Shown: piece after piece, positions 41,021 to 51,203 of the stretch | Numbering within the stretch: position 1 is the first letter of the stretch | How the letters are laid out: the number at the start of each line of letters is the position of its first letter | Origin: Candidatus Cloacimonadales bacterium | GTDB taxonomy: Bacteria > Cloacimonadota > Cloacimonadia > Cloacimonadales > JAIOQZ01 | Direction: 5' to 3' | Assembly: GCA_963662655.2 (NCBI GenBank) | Contig: CAXXTU010000002.1 | Location: forward strand, 448,001-512,000 | DNA: 64,000 bases | The notes under the pieces: generated by a model | The model's input: the letters and a program-made list of their open reading frames with translations, nothing else | The model's database searches: none | Told to the model about the DNA's origin: nothing | Position numbers and translations under genes: made by a program

Positions 41021-41394
41021 GGCGTCACCGTAAGTACTTTCGCGATGCGGACGCGACGGCCCGAATCAGCTCTGGCGGCGTAGTACTCGACCTGCGGGAT
41101 GTCGCGCCCGATGTGCTTGCGATACTGCTCGCGGAACCGCTCCGAGAGCGCGAGAACCGTGCTGTCCGGGTCGTCGGAGTCATTCACGTCGACGATGAGA
41201 AACACGCCGATGTCGTGCTCGATGCTCGTGTACCGCTTGCTGGTGCCGTTGACGCCTTTCTCTCCTTGCAAGACCACCATCGCGGCGGGGAATGCGGACG
41301 GGATGTCGTCTTTGTGGAAGCGGATGTTCTCCACCTCGATGCCGCTGTCTTCCAACGCCTTACAGATCAGCTCGCGGGTCTCGGTGTAGCTCAT
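41017..41394 (-). CDS. Phage head-tail/tail terminator-like protein
   Basis: 125 aa, translationally coupled; function inferred from position. Confidence 0.6.
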   Translation of the reverse strand: MSYTETRELICKALEDSGIEVENIRFHKDDIPSAFPAAMVVLQGEKGVNGTSKRYTSIEHDIGVFLIVDVNDSDDPDSTVLALSERFREQYRKHIGRDIPQVEYYAARADSGRRVRIAKVLTVTP

Positions 41395-41861
41395 GGAGCC
41401 ACCTCGATGCTGTCGAGTTGCTGGAAGATCCACGACTCGCGGTTCTTGATCACTTCCGCGAATACGTTGCGCGCCGGGATGCCCTCACGCTTGATCTTGG
41501 CGCGGATCATGTACGCCATTTGCTCGACGCTGAGCTGCTTGCCGCTCTTCTTGTCGACCCACGACAGGTTCTTACGCTCCACCCACGCCTTGAGCGGCTC
41601 GAGCGGTGTCCACGAGGGAACCTTGCCGCCCAGCACGAACGGCTCGTGCGGCACGTTGGAACCGACGATCAGGTCGATGGACGCGCTTCCCACTTCGACT
41701 TCATAGCCGGTGTTGGCAAGAAAGTCGCCCTCGGCCTTGATGTCACGCTCCAATATCAGACGTCGCGCCTCCCCATCGATCACGCTCCCAATGAGATGCA
41801 GACGGCTCTCGATGGCCGCGAAGATGGCCCGGTAGATGGCGGGGTTGTCGGAAGGGGTCAT
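41391..41861 (-). CDS. Phage neck/virion morphogenesis-like protein
   Basis: 156 aa; VGSNVPH, PLKAWV.RK and I.REGIPAR motifs. Confidence 0.65.
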   Translation of the reverse strand: MTPSDNPAIYRAIFAAIESRLHLIGSVIDGEARRLILERDIKAEGDFLANTGYEVEVGSASIDLIVGSNVPHEPFVLGGKVPSWTPLEPLKAWVERKNLSWVDKKSGKQLSVEQMAYMIRAKIKREGIPARNVFAEVIKNRESWIFQQLDSIEVAP

Positions 41862-42322
41862 ATCACGCTTGCCTTGGTGCGGGAAACTCGATGTCGGGAG
41901 GCGCCGAGAGCCAGCTCGCGGAGCCGTGAGTAGCCGTCTGCGTTGAGAAATTCTTCTATGGTTTCCAGTGCCTTGATGGTCAGGTGTTTGCGGAACGCCT
42001 GCACCTCGGAGCCGGTCAGCAGTTCGGTCTGCTGCGTATCGATGCCGGTTGTCTTGATGATGCCTTCGCCGAGTGTCTTCAGGTTGAGCAGTTCGACCGT
42101 CTCGGCCAGCAGCAGGTAGCAGTACGCGAAGGTGTAGCTATCAGCGGTGTCGTCGTCGACCTCGCCAGCGAGAAGGTCGGCCCACACATCCACGTCCGAA
42201 ACGCGCTTCAACAGCAGCATCACGGCGGGTGCGTGCTCCTCGAACGTCGCGGTAATGCGTCGGTCGCTGGTCAGGTTCAGAATCGCGACAGCCTTGTCGG
42301 TCGCAACGGGCAGCACAGCCAT
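41858..42322 (-). CDS. Phage head-tail connector-like protein
   Basis: Start MAVLPV overlaps the upstream stop; 154 aa. Confidence 0.6.
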   Translation of the reverse strand: MAVLPVATDKAVAILNLTSDRRITATFEEHAPAVMLLLKRVSDVDVWADLLAGEVDDDTADSYTFAYCYLLLAETVELLNLKTLGEGIIKTTGIDTQQTELLTGSEVQAFRKHLTIKALETIEEFLNADGYSRLRELALGASRHRVSRTKASVI

Positions 42323-42708
42323 CACCGATCCCCGTAAAGCCAGACGTTGTTGGGCTTGGTCGTGTCCACGTCGCAGTGGATGAAGTTCTTGCCGATGCCG
42401 ATGCGACGGAAACCCGCCACAATCAGGCCGCGCAGGATATTGAGCCTCGTCACGCTGTCGGGACACGCGATGTCTGCGGCCAGTCCAGCCATGTGTGTGG
42501 ACTGCTTCACCCCGCCTACCTCTGCGTTATGCGCAGGGCAGCGATAGCCGCTCGTAATCACAAACGGCACGTCAGCGATTTCGCGCGCCAGATCCAGCTT
42601 CAGCACGAAGGTGGCGTCGAGCTGCACCTCGCCGCAGCATGGGCAGACGAACTCGCTCTTGCGGAAGTACCGGATGCGGTCCCAGTCGATCAAATCAATC
42701 TGTTTCAT
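42322..42708 (-). CDS. Peptidase M15 family endolysin
   Basis: YF..SEF.CPCCG, ITSGYRC..HN, S.H..G.AAD and FIHCD motifs. Confidence 0.9.
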   Translation of the reverse strand: MKQIDLIDWDRIRYFRKSEFVCPCCGEVQLDATFVLKLDLAREIADVPFVITSGYRCPAHNAEVGGVKQSTHMAGLAADIACPDSVTRLNILRGLIVAGFRRIGIGKNFIHCDVDTTKPNNVWLYGDR

Positions 42709-42714
42709 GGGGCG

Positions 42715-42743
42715 AGAGTAGAATGAGTACGCAAGGATGGCAA
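42715..42743 (-). promoter_or_regulatory. Putative sigma70-type promoter giving a leaderless late transcript
   Basis: TTGCCA-N17-TACTCT, 6 nt before the endolysin ATG; no Shine-Dalgarno. Confidence 0.55.
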
Positions 42744-43225
42744 AGCGGGTTGCCCACGTATGACACAGGAATAATATTATTCAGAATTATTTATTTTTTG
42801 AATTAGTTATACTAATGGAGAACAGATCACAAATATACGAAGGAGTACGATGTGTGCGGCAAATAATGATATTCCGTTACCTTTTTCCATCAGAGAAACA
42901 AAGTAAAAACATGCTAATATGCTGCGGATTCTCGATTTAACCTTTTGTTGATTAAATGTGTATAAAAAAATATTTGACAAGATGGGATTCCAAGCCTATT
43001 GATTAGTTAATCAATGCTAACATCAGAATTCTCTTGGATATGTGTGTGTGGGGGGGGTGTAATTATAAGATATGCATTAATAATACAAATTATGCTTTTC
43101 TTGGAGGGATTATGTAGTACGATGGAAGAATTGGCAGTGCAAATGAATGAGATGTGATTGATCTTGCAGGAACTGTTGACACCTAACAATTAACTGAACG
43201 TTAGTACAAAATCTCAGGAGGAATT

Positions 43226-46006
43226 ATGAAACGAGTAATTTTATGCGTCTCTCTGGTGTTGACGATGGTCAATATTTGTTTTGCAACAACCTATATCGTG
43301 GCAAACAACGGAACTGGAGACTTCCTGAACATTGCCTCTGCGGTTGCTGCGGCAAGCGATGGTGATCAGATCGTTATTTATGGCACTGGGCAAGATTATA
43401 CTGGGACACAGAATCGAAACATTGTTCTGGATGGATCTCAAAAACATCTCAGGATTATTGGCATGAATAATCCCGTCATAGACCTTGAAAACACAAGCAG
43501 AGCTTTTATAGCCCAGAACACGAATGCAAGCGATTGCATTACCGATATCAGGTTTGAAAACGGGCTTGTAACATCCAACTATGTTCAAGGTGGGGCAATC
43601 ATGCTTAGCAGTGGTGAGCTTTACGTTGAGGATTGCGAATTCTGGTACATGATGATAGCCGGCGAGTATTTCAAAGGTGGTTCAATTTCAGTAGGCGAAG
43701 ATGCCTCGGCTACGATCGTGAACTGTAACTTCTACAGCGGTGGCTATACAGGTACGCTTACATTACCTGGGAATAGGACGATAGCCGGAGGAGTAATCTA
43801 CTCTCAGGACGCTGAAGAGATCATTATTAGTAACTGTCAATTTATCGGAAACTCCGCAAAATTTGCTTCGTGTATTGGAGTATCCGGGGATACGGATATC
43901 GAGATCACAAATTGCAGATTCTCAAGCAATATGTGCTTTATGAGCGGCACAATATGTGTATGGGGAACGAGCCAAATAAGTGATGCATTGATACAAGATT
44001 GTGAATTCTCGAACAATATAGCTCAGAGCGGTGATCCTGGGATATATGCACAGCAAACATGCGTAAGTATAAGTGGTATGAATAGTTGTTTGATTCAGAA
44101 CAATGAATTTGATGGCAACAGGGCAGAAGACGGATCTGCTTGTATCTATTTCTTTCATATCACAGATATGGTCATTGACAACAATGAGTTCACCGACAAT
44201 CGAATCATCGAAGGCGGAGGAGCTACCGCCGCTAATAGCATCTCTGCATCATCATGTTCCGCCCATATCCTCAATAACAAGTTTATCGAGAATTATGGAA
44301 TGTCCCCCTGCATATCACTAGCCAATGTCACATATAATGATCCAGCATATGTCGAATTGAATATATGGAACAACACCTTCGATAATACTGTGTCAATAGG
44401 TAGTTACTACCATCCGCTCATATTCAATCATATACTTGACAGTAGTGGGATTAATGTAGATATCGATGTGAGAAACTGCATCATGATCAACAATGACGCA
44501 CTGGTTTTGTTTTACTCGCCTGACTTTGATTATGGGGATATTTACTGTGACTATGCCTGGATGAACAATAATACTTGCCATCCAATTCCGCCATTGTTTG
44601 ATGAATTTGTTACGTATGGCCAGAACATGTTCAGTGGAAATCCTTACCTTGATACGAGCCACACTCCTATGTGGAACTCAAGTGTTCGCTCACCGGTTAT
44701 CGATGCGGGATATCCATCAATCGCGGACGATGACGGAACCCCGAGCGATATCGGTGCCGTTCGAGCTCAGGATCATGATTTCGAGAGATACTCCTATCGG
44801 GCTCCAGGATTTGGATCTGCCAGCGATTATGAATGGGTATGCTACCCGGTTGTCGATAACGTCTATACGGCCGAAAACAATGCCTCGGACTTCTTTGAAG
44901 ATATTGATGAAGATTTAACGGCTCTAGGGCACAATAATGTATGGGGCACTGACTATGGTACCTATTGGGAGTATCCCTGGGAAGATGATCCGGACGATAC
45001 CGATCCTACTGATGGATTCAAATTACAGGTAAGTTCCGGTACCGTTATGAATAAGGTTGGGTTTCTTGCCGATCCCGATACCGAAATTACACTAACGGCC
45101 TCTAGCTATTCATATTGGATCGGTTATTTCATCGAGGAAAGCCAGTATCCTCTTGATGCCCTTGCAGACGTTCTCGACGATCTGACAGAGATCAAACATC
45201 ATGACTGGACACTTGTAAAGACAGGCTTGGGCTGGCTTGGGGGAAGTTCTTATACGATCAACTATGGCGATATGGTTGAATTGACCTGTGAATCCAATTG
45301 TTCATTCGCATGGAACGATAACCTCAGCCGAACGGCTCCTGCTTATAAAGAGCAAACAAGCCATTACAGCGTTGAAGAAGATGCGGGTTATACACCGGTG
45401 TACTTGGATGTAAGCGGATATTCGGATAACATGCCCGAAGAGATTGGCATGTATGCCGATGGTGAATTGATCGGCGCTACCGTGGTTGATGGTGAGATAA
45501 CGCAGATCAACGCATATGTGGAAGACATTGAAAACCTCGAAGAAGCCGAAGTAAGCTTCGAGCTTTTCTATGGTGATCGTGCACCGCTTGTCGGATGTGA
45601 CATGTATAAGGTAAATTCAGATATAACCGAGGACTATATCAAGACCACACATATGTTCGAGACTCAGTCGCGTTACTATCAGGTTACGCTTGGGAAGGGT
45701 GGTGTCGAGACTCTTGTTCCCGATCTTCCGGAAACTGTCAGTATCAATAACTATCCCAACCCGTTTAACCCGGAAACGACCGTATCCTTTACCTTGCCTC
45801 AGGATGGCAAAGTGAGTATCAAAGTGTTCAACGTTCGCGGTCAGTTGGTGAAGACATTGGTTGACAACAATCTGAATGCCGGCAAGCATGAAATCGTGTG
45901 GAATGGCCGTGATGAAGAAAATCGTCAGGTTGGTTCAGGCATCTACTTCTGTCGTCTTCAGACAGCAGGAAAGATACTGAACCGTAAGCTGTTGATGATG
46001 AAATAA
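43226..46006 (+). CDS. Secreted right-handed beta-helix protein with C-terminal FlgD-Ig/T9SS-like sorting domain
   Basis: Signal peptide; I.NC.F..N repeats; SPVIDAG..DIGA; NYPNPFNPET...WNGRD..SGIYF; RBS AGGAGG. Confidence 0.88.
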   Translation: MKRVILCVSLVLTMVNICFATTYIVANNGTGDFLNIASAVAAASDGDQIVIYGTGQDYTGTQNRNIVLDGSQKHLRIIGMNNPVIDLENTSRAFIAQNTNASDCITDIRFENGLVTSNYVQGGAIMLSSGELYVEDCEFWYMMIAGEYFKGGSISVGEDASATIVNCNFYSGGYTGTLTLPGNRTIAGGVIYSQDAEEIIISNCQFIGNSAKFASCIGVSGDTDIEITNCRFSSNMCFMSGTICVWGTSQISDALIQDCEFSNNIAQSGDPGIYAQQTCVSISGMNSCLIQNNEFDGNRAEDGSACIYFFHITDMVIDNNEFTDNRIIEGGGATAANSISASSCSAHILNNKFIENYGMSPCISLANVTYNDPAYVELNIWNNTFDNTVSIGSYYHPLIFNHILDSSGINVDIDVRNCIMINNDALVLFYSPDFDYGDIYCDYAWMNNNTCHPIPPLFDEFVTYGQNMFSGNPYLDTSHTPMWNSSVRSPVIDAGYPSIADDDGTPSDIGAVRAQDHDFERYSYRAPGFGSASDYEWVCYPVVDNVYTAENNASDFFEDIDEDLTALGHNNVWGTDYGTYWEYPWEDDPDDTDPTDGFKLQVSSGTVMNKVGFLADPDTEITLTASSYSYWIGYFIEESQYPLDALADVLDDLTEIKHHDWTLVKTGLGWLGGSSYTINYGDMVELTCESNCSFAWNDNLSRTAPAYKEQTSHYSVEEDAGYTPVYLDVSGYSDNMPEEIGMYADGELIGATVVDGEITQINAYVEDIENLEEAEVSFELFYGDRAPLVGCDMYKVNSDITEDYIKTTHMFETQSRYYQVTLGKGGVETLVPDLPETVSINNYPNPFNPETTVSFTLPQDGKVSIKVFNVRGQLVKTLVDNNLNAGKHEIVWNGRDEENRQVGSGIYFCRLQTAGKILNRKLLMMK

Positions 46007-46142
46007 TTTCGGCTTCAGCGAAGCTGAAACGAAAACATGAGTGATGTAATCCCGAATATTCGGGACTACACTAGCGGATAATCATAATCCAGCCCCGCCT
46101 CCAACTCCCTCTCCCGCTTGCGGGAGAGGGTTGGGGTGAGGG
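46006..46142. repeat. Cluster of REP-like palindromes
   Basis: TTTCGGCTTCAGC-GAA-GCTGAAACGAAA; TGTAATCCCGAATATTCGGGACTACA; CCCTCTCCCGCTTGCGGGAGAGGG. Confidence 0.7.
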
Positions 46143-46159
46143 TGTATTAAGGAGACCTC

Positions 46160-48529
46160 ATGCGAACCCGAATAACCTTGCTTCTGTTGTTGCTGACTCC
46201 GATGCTCTTTTCGACCACGCTCACCGTCTCTCTGGACGGGTCGCAGGACTATACTACAATACAAAGTGCCGTGGATGCCGCGATTAACGGCGATACCGTG
46301 CTGGTTTACCCGGGCACCTACTATGAGAATATCGAGATTGATGACAAATTCATTACCCTCGCCAGTCTGAACCTCACAACCGGTGACGAATCCTACATCC
46401 ACAATACGATTCTGGACGGTAATTTCAGCGGTTCTGTTATTCGTATGGATCTTGAGACATTGCCTCAACCTGCCGATGCCGTCATCCAAGGATTCACAAT
46501 CATTCATGGAAGTGGTAATATTAGAACTTGGACTTGGCCCGAGTATGGCGGCGGTGGAATATGGGTCGAATGCGCAAATAATGATATATGGATGAATGTC
46601 TATATCACGAATTGTCAGATAAAATACAATATAGCCGATTGCGGAGCAGGCATGGGATTAGCTTATCGAGGCTATTTCCACATGAAGAACGTCAGTGTTC
46701 ACCACAATACAGCTCGTACGGGAGCTGGAGGTGTTTTGTGTAATAGAGTCGGATTGATTCACGATCCTGATTTTCCTTGCAGCTATTACGCTAATGAAGG
46801 AACTCCGGGTCATGATCTCAATATCGGTAACGCAGTATTGAACACAACGATCTATGCCGACACATTGACGTGTTCCGAGTACGATCAGGGTTTTATTCGA
46901 TACATACCTCAGAATGATGATAATGATCTGGTGCTTACGGTTTACCATGAGCATTCCATTCTGGATGTAATCGATCATGATCTGTACGTCTCACCGGATG
47001 GTGATGACGATAACAGCGGATTGTCCGCAGATGATCCCCTCTATACGATTCGCCAGGCTGCCTACCTGATCCGGTCCAATCCGGATAACCCGAGGACGAT
47101 CTACCTTGCTCCCGGCGAATACACCGAGGAGGAAGGTCCACTGCAATTCACGGTTGGTCTAAAGGACCATGTTTCTCTCATCGGGAGCGGTATGGATGAG
47201 ACATTTCTCGAATGCAGTCAATCAAGGTGTATCATTTATATGAACAACAACGAGGATATCCAGATATCCGGTATGACTTTGAAATCCAGTTATCCTATCA
47301 ATAATGGAGAATGGTCGCCTTGTTTGATTCTTGGTGTATATATTGACGACCTCACCATTAAGGATATCCGAGCACATGATTCGGAATTTGGGAAATCTGC
47401 TGCGATTTCGGTCTGGCATGTTGACCGTCTGGATATGGACAATATTATCATCGAGGATAACGTTGGTGAAGCCTATTGCGGTTTATATGTCATCGCTGAG
47501 GATGTTACGCTGACCGACTGCATTATCCGGAACAATCTTGTTGTCGGCTATGACAACGTGTACTCGGCTTCCTCTGCCTTCAATATTGATACGAAAGGAA
47601 ACTGTCTGATCGACGGTCTTGTCGTGATGAATAATGTGAATGAATGCGGATCTGAAGGTCAGATGACGGGGTTGCTTCACCATGGAGCTAACTATCCGGG
47701 CTCGAGCCTGAAGATAACCAACAGCCTTTTCAGCGGTAATAATTCGGAGGGTCAGGAGTGTTTCCAATTCCAATTGTTTCGAGGGAATCTGGATTTAATA
47801 AACTGTACGTTCATCGGCAATGAAGCCGAGGAGATGGTACTGAAGTTCCTGAGAACCAACACTGAAGCTGAGGTAGATCCCTTTCAGGTGATCAACACGG
47901 TATTCTGGGATCATGTGCCTTATGAACTATCGAACTGGAGTTACCGGCGCTGCGCCATCGAGGTCGATCACAGCCTTATACGCGACGGTATTGACGGCAT
48001 CGATTCACCCTACGACGAGATCATCTGGGGTGAAGGCAATCTCGATCTCAATCCGCTACTGACCAATGCCGAGCAACTGTATTACCCGCAGGAAGGCTCT
48101 CCGGTCATCAACGCCGGTACACCGGATACCACCGGCTTGGGACTGCCGCCGCTCGATATCTGCAACCGCGCTCGCGTATGGGCAGGATGCGTCGATATCG
48201 GCTGCCACGAGTACGGCTCTGTAGGTGTTTCACCGGGAGATCAAGCACCGGTCTATGAAGCATCACTCGGCAACTATCCCAACCCATTCAATCCATGGAC
48301 GATCATCAGCTATAGCTTGCCGGAAGCCGTGTATGTGGAGTTGAACGTGTACAATATTCGCGGTCAGCGTGTCAGAACGCTGGTGCATGAGCACCGGGAA
48401 GCCGGTAATCATGAAGTCGTCTGGGATGGACGGAATGAGCAGAATGATATCGTCGCTGGTGGTGTGTATCTGCTGCGCCTGCAAGCGGGTGGACGTACCG
48501 AGGTGCGGAAGACGTTGATGGTTAAATGA
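46160..48529 (+). CDS. Secreted beta-helix (DUF1565-like) protein with C-terminal FlgD-Ig/T9SS-like domain
   Basis: Signal peptide; YTTIQSAVDAA..GDTVLVYPGTYYENI; LYVSPDGDD.NSG; NYPNPFNP; RBS AAGGAG. Confidence 0.88.
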   Translation: MRTRITLLLLLLTPMLFSTTLTVSLDGSQDYTTIQSAVDAAINGDTVLVYPGTYYENIEIDDKFITLASLNLTTGDESYIHNTILDGNFSGSVIRMDLETLPQPADAVIQGFTIIHGSGNIRTWTWPEYGGGGIWVECANNDIWMNVYITNCQIKYNIADCGAGMGLAYRGYFHMKNVSVHHNTARTGAGGVLCNRVGLIHDPDFPCSYYANEGTPGHDLNIGNAVLNTTIYADTLTCSEYDQGFIRYIPQNDDNDLVLTVYHEHSILDVIDHDLYVSPDGDDDNSGLSADDPLYTIRQAAYLIRSNPDNPRTIYLAPGEYTEEEGPLQFTVGLKDHVSLIGSGMDETFLECSQSRCIIYMNNNEDIQISGMTLKSSYPINNGEWSPCLILGVYIDDLTIKDIRAHDSEFGKSAAISVWHVDRLDMDNIIIEDNVGEAYCGLYVIAEDVTLTDCIIRNNLVVGYDNVYSASSAFNIDTKGNCLIDGLVVMNNVNECGSEGQMTGLLHHGANYPGSSLKITNSLFSGNNSEGQECFQFQLFRGNLDLINCTFIGNEAEEMVLKFLRTNTEAEVDPFQVINTVFWDHVPYELSNWSYRRCAIEVDHSLIRDGIDGIDSPYDEIIWGEGNLDLNPLLTNAEQLYYPQEGSPVINAGTPDTTGLGLPPLDICNRARVWAGCVDIGCHEYGSVGVSPGDQAPVYEASLGNYPNPFNPWTIISYSLPEAVYVELNVYNIRGQRVRTLVHEHREAGNHEVVWDGRNEQNDIVAGGVYLLRLQAGGRTEVRKTLMVK

Positions 48530-48556
48530 TCCTGTTTGGATCACTCGGGATGTAGC

Positions 48557-49048
48557 ATGGATTATGTTTCAAAAGAAATCAGAAGCCGCATGATGAGCTC
48601 GGTCCGTTCCAAGAGCACAACGAATGAAGTACTGATTCGAAAGTCTCTGTTTCATCTCGGACTAAGATACGGGCTTCACAACAAAAACCTTCCCGGTCGT
48701 CCTGATATCGTGCTTCGCAGACATAGAACTGCAGTGTTTGTAAACGGATGTTTCTGGCACATGCATGGTTGTCACTTAAGCTCTATCCCCAAAACGAGAG
48801 TGGATTGGTGGCGAGACAAGCTTATGAGCAACAAAGCAAGGGATATCTTGAATTACAAAAAGCTATTGAGTATGCATTGGCGTGTCGCTATTATTTGGGA
48901 TTGTGCTTTAAAAGGCAAGAACGGATTGACAGCAGAATTCATTGCTTTAAAATTGCAATCATTCTTAATTGATGATGTCTCTGTCATTTGTTGTGGTGGC
49001 AGGGGAATTACTTACCCAACAAACATTGAAGGTGTGTACTATGGCTGA
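48557..49048 (+). CDS. vsr: Very-short-patch repair endonuclease
   Basis: RSRMMS.V, LPGRPDIV, FVNGCFWHMH and N..RD motifs. Confidence 0.9.
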   Translation: MDYVSKEIRSRMMSSVRSKSTTNEVLIRKSLFHLGLRYGLHNKNLPGRPDIVLRRHRTAVFVNGCFWHMHGCHLSSIPKTRVDWWRDKLMSNKARDILNYKKLLSMHWRVAIIWDCALKGKNGLTAEFIALKLQSFLIDDVSVICCGGRGITYPTNIEGVYYG

Positions 49049-51203
49049 AATTGATCTTCCTTTCAAAGTCCACCCAAGAGTGTTTTCTGCTCTCGGTGCA
49101 GAGCTTGTAACGGATGACATTGTTGCTGTTATTGAGTTGGTTAAAAATTCGTATGACGCTTTTGCACAAAGAGTACTGATAAGCCTTGAGTTTGGGTACA
49201 AGAGCATTTCGATCATCGATAACGGTTCCGGAATGGACAGGAAGACAATTGAGGACGTTTGGTGTACATTGGCTACGCCAAATAAGGTAAACCTCCCGTT
49301 TAGCGAAAAAGACAACAAGAAAAGGCGTGTTACAGGAGCCAAAGGGTTAGGGAGATTATCTGCTGCAAGGCTTGGTGGAAAGCTTGAAATGATTACAAAA
49401 GCAATGGGGCAACCGGCATGGAAAGTATCCGTTGATTGGGAGTTGATTAAAAAGGCTCAAGGATTTGAACTTTGTAATGCTCATCTTAAAGAATATACGG
49501 GAAAACTCCCATGGGGTGATGATAATCAAACCGGTACATCGGTTGTGATATCGAATCTCACTTCTACATGGGATGTGGACATGATAAAAGCTCTCAGGGA
49601 TAACTTGGGACGGCTAATATCCCCCTTTGCCCAAACAACAGATTTTGAGGTGCTTTTTTCTGATATCACGGACGATATTACATTTGATGCTCCAGCAATC
49701 GAGGTCAAGCCATACAGAATCGAACCATCACCCTTTCTACTTGAACCAAAATATCGGATTAAGGGCTCGGTTGATCCGACTGGTGGGTATTCAGGAAAGT
49801 ATGAGTTTCGCCAAATAGGGTCAGATAAGATCGATAGAGAAGTCGCCATCACTAAGAAATGGGTTGATATCTTTCGTGAATGGAGTGAATCGGAAAAAGA
49901 AGGGCACAATGAGAAATCAGCCGTTTGTGGGCCCTTCGATTTTGAGATCCGGGTTTGGGATCTCGATTCTTATGATACAAGTGAAATAGCCGAGTACTAT
50001 CAAATAAAGAAGAAATCAGATATCAGAAAAGCCATTGCAGCTCACAAGGGTGTTTCCGTGTACAGAGATGACATTCTTGTTCTTCCCAAAACAGATACTG
50101 CACGTGATTGGTTGAGGCTTGACTTGCGACGTGTTAGCCGAGTAGGTGATCGACTGAGTACAAGCCAGATTATCGGTTTCATCTCTATCTCTGCTGACAA
50201 GAATCCTGACATCAATGATTCAAGTGATAGAGAGAAACTTCAAAAGAGTACTGCAACTGTAGAATTTGAGCGCATTATTCATTCAATCATTCATGATCTT
50301 GAGCAAGAGAGAAATGCTGATAGATTTGTAAAAAATGTACATAAGGAGAAACGACTTGTTGAGCTTTTCGAGTCATTCGCACAACGCGATTTTCTTGATC
50401 GATACAAACGACTTGCAGAAGAGGGAACTCCGGCAATAGACCTGCTGCCATTGCTTGAATCGGAACACAGCGATTGGGAAAAAGCAAGTGAGGAGATTAA
50501 ACGACGCTTCGTTTATTACAGTCGACTGGCGACTGTTGGCTCTATTGCGGAAATGCTGATTCATGAGATCAGGAACAATACAACTTGCATCGGTCGATTC
50601 CTGCGTCTCTTCACGGATGAGATAAATGAATGCTCGGCTCAATTGGAGAAGTACCACGGTGTTTCGGAGAATTCAGTTGAAAGACTTGAGCATTTGTCCG
50701 ACACGTTCTCCCCCTTAGCAACCAGGAAATTCAAGAGAACAAAACGAAACTCGGACTTACAATCTCGTCTTGATTTTTGTCTCGAGTTGCATGAGAAAGA
50801 GATTGATGCAAAGAAAGTAACGATTACCCAATCCATTCCTCAAGCTATCATCTTGCGAATTGATCCCGGTGAATTAGATGCTATACTGATAAACCTAATC
50901 ACAAATACACTGTATTGGATTGCCGATAGCAATGAGTCCATGCGTAAGTTGAATATTTCAGCCAGCACAAACGGGAGTAGGCTCGAGATAGTGTTCGATG
51001 ATACAGGCCCCGGAATCAGGGACGGCTATGTCGATAGAATATTCGAACCTGGAGTTACAGCAAAAACCAATGGTATCGGAATGGGGTTGACCGTTGCATC
51101 TGAACTTGTTTCGGCATGTGGTGGAAGGATGTCAGTCATACACCCCGGTACATTGGGCGGAGCTACATTTGTTTTCGATATGCCAATTTTGGAGGTAAAA
51201 TGA
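49041..51203 (+). CDS. GHKL (MORC/HSP90-like) ATPase fused to a histidine kinase
   Basis: ELVKNSYDA, DNGSGM, GAKGLGR; C-terminal IHEIRN, NLITN, DTGPGI and GIGMGL. Confidence 0.88.
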   Translation: MAEIDLPFKVHPRVFSALGAELVTDDIVAVIELVKNSYDAFAQRVLISLEFGYKSISIIDNGSGMDRKTIEDVWCTLATPNKVNLPFSEKDNKKRRVTGAKGLGRLSAARLGGKLEMITKAMGQPAWKVSVDWELIKKAQGFELCNAHLKEYTGKLPWGDDNQTGTSVVISNLTSTWDVDMIKALRDNLGRLISPFAQTTDFEVLFSDITDDITFDAPAIEVKPYRIEPSPFLLEPKYRIKGSVDPTGGYSGKYEFRQIGSDKIDREVAITKKWVDIFREWSESEKEGHNEKSAVCGPFDFEIRVWDLDSYDTSEIAEYYQIKKKSDIRKAIAAHKGVSVYRDDILVLPKTDTARDWLRLDLRRVSRVGDRLSTSQIIGFISISADKNPDINDSSDREKLQKSTATVEFERIIHSIIHDLEQERNADRFVKNVHKEKRLVELFESFAQRDFLDRYKRLAEEGTPAIDLLPLLESEHSDWEKASEEIKRRFVYYSRLATVGSIAEMLIHEIRNNTTCIGRFLRLFTDEINECSAQLEKYHGVSENSVERLEHLSDTFSPLATRKFKRTKRNSDLQSRLDFCLELHEKEIDAKKVTITQSIPQAIILRIDPGELDAILINLITNTLYWIADSNESMRKLNISASTNGSRLEIVFDDTGPGIRDGYVDRIFEPGVTAKTNGIGMGLTVASELVSACGGRMSVIHPGTLGGATFVFDMPILEVK

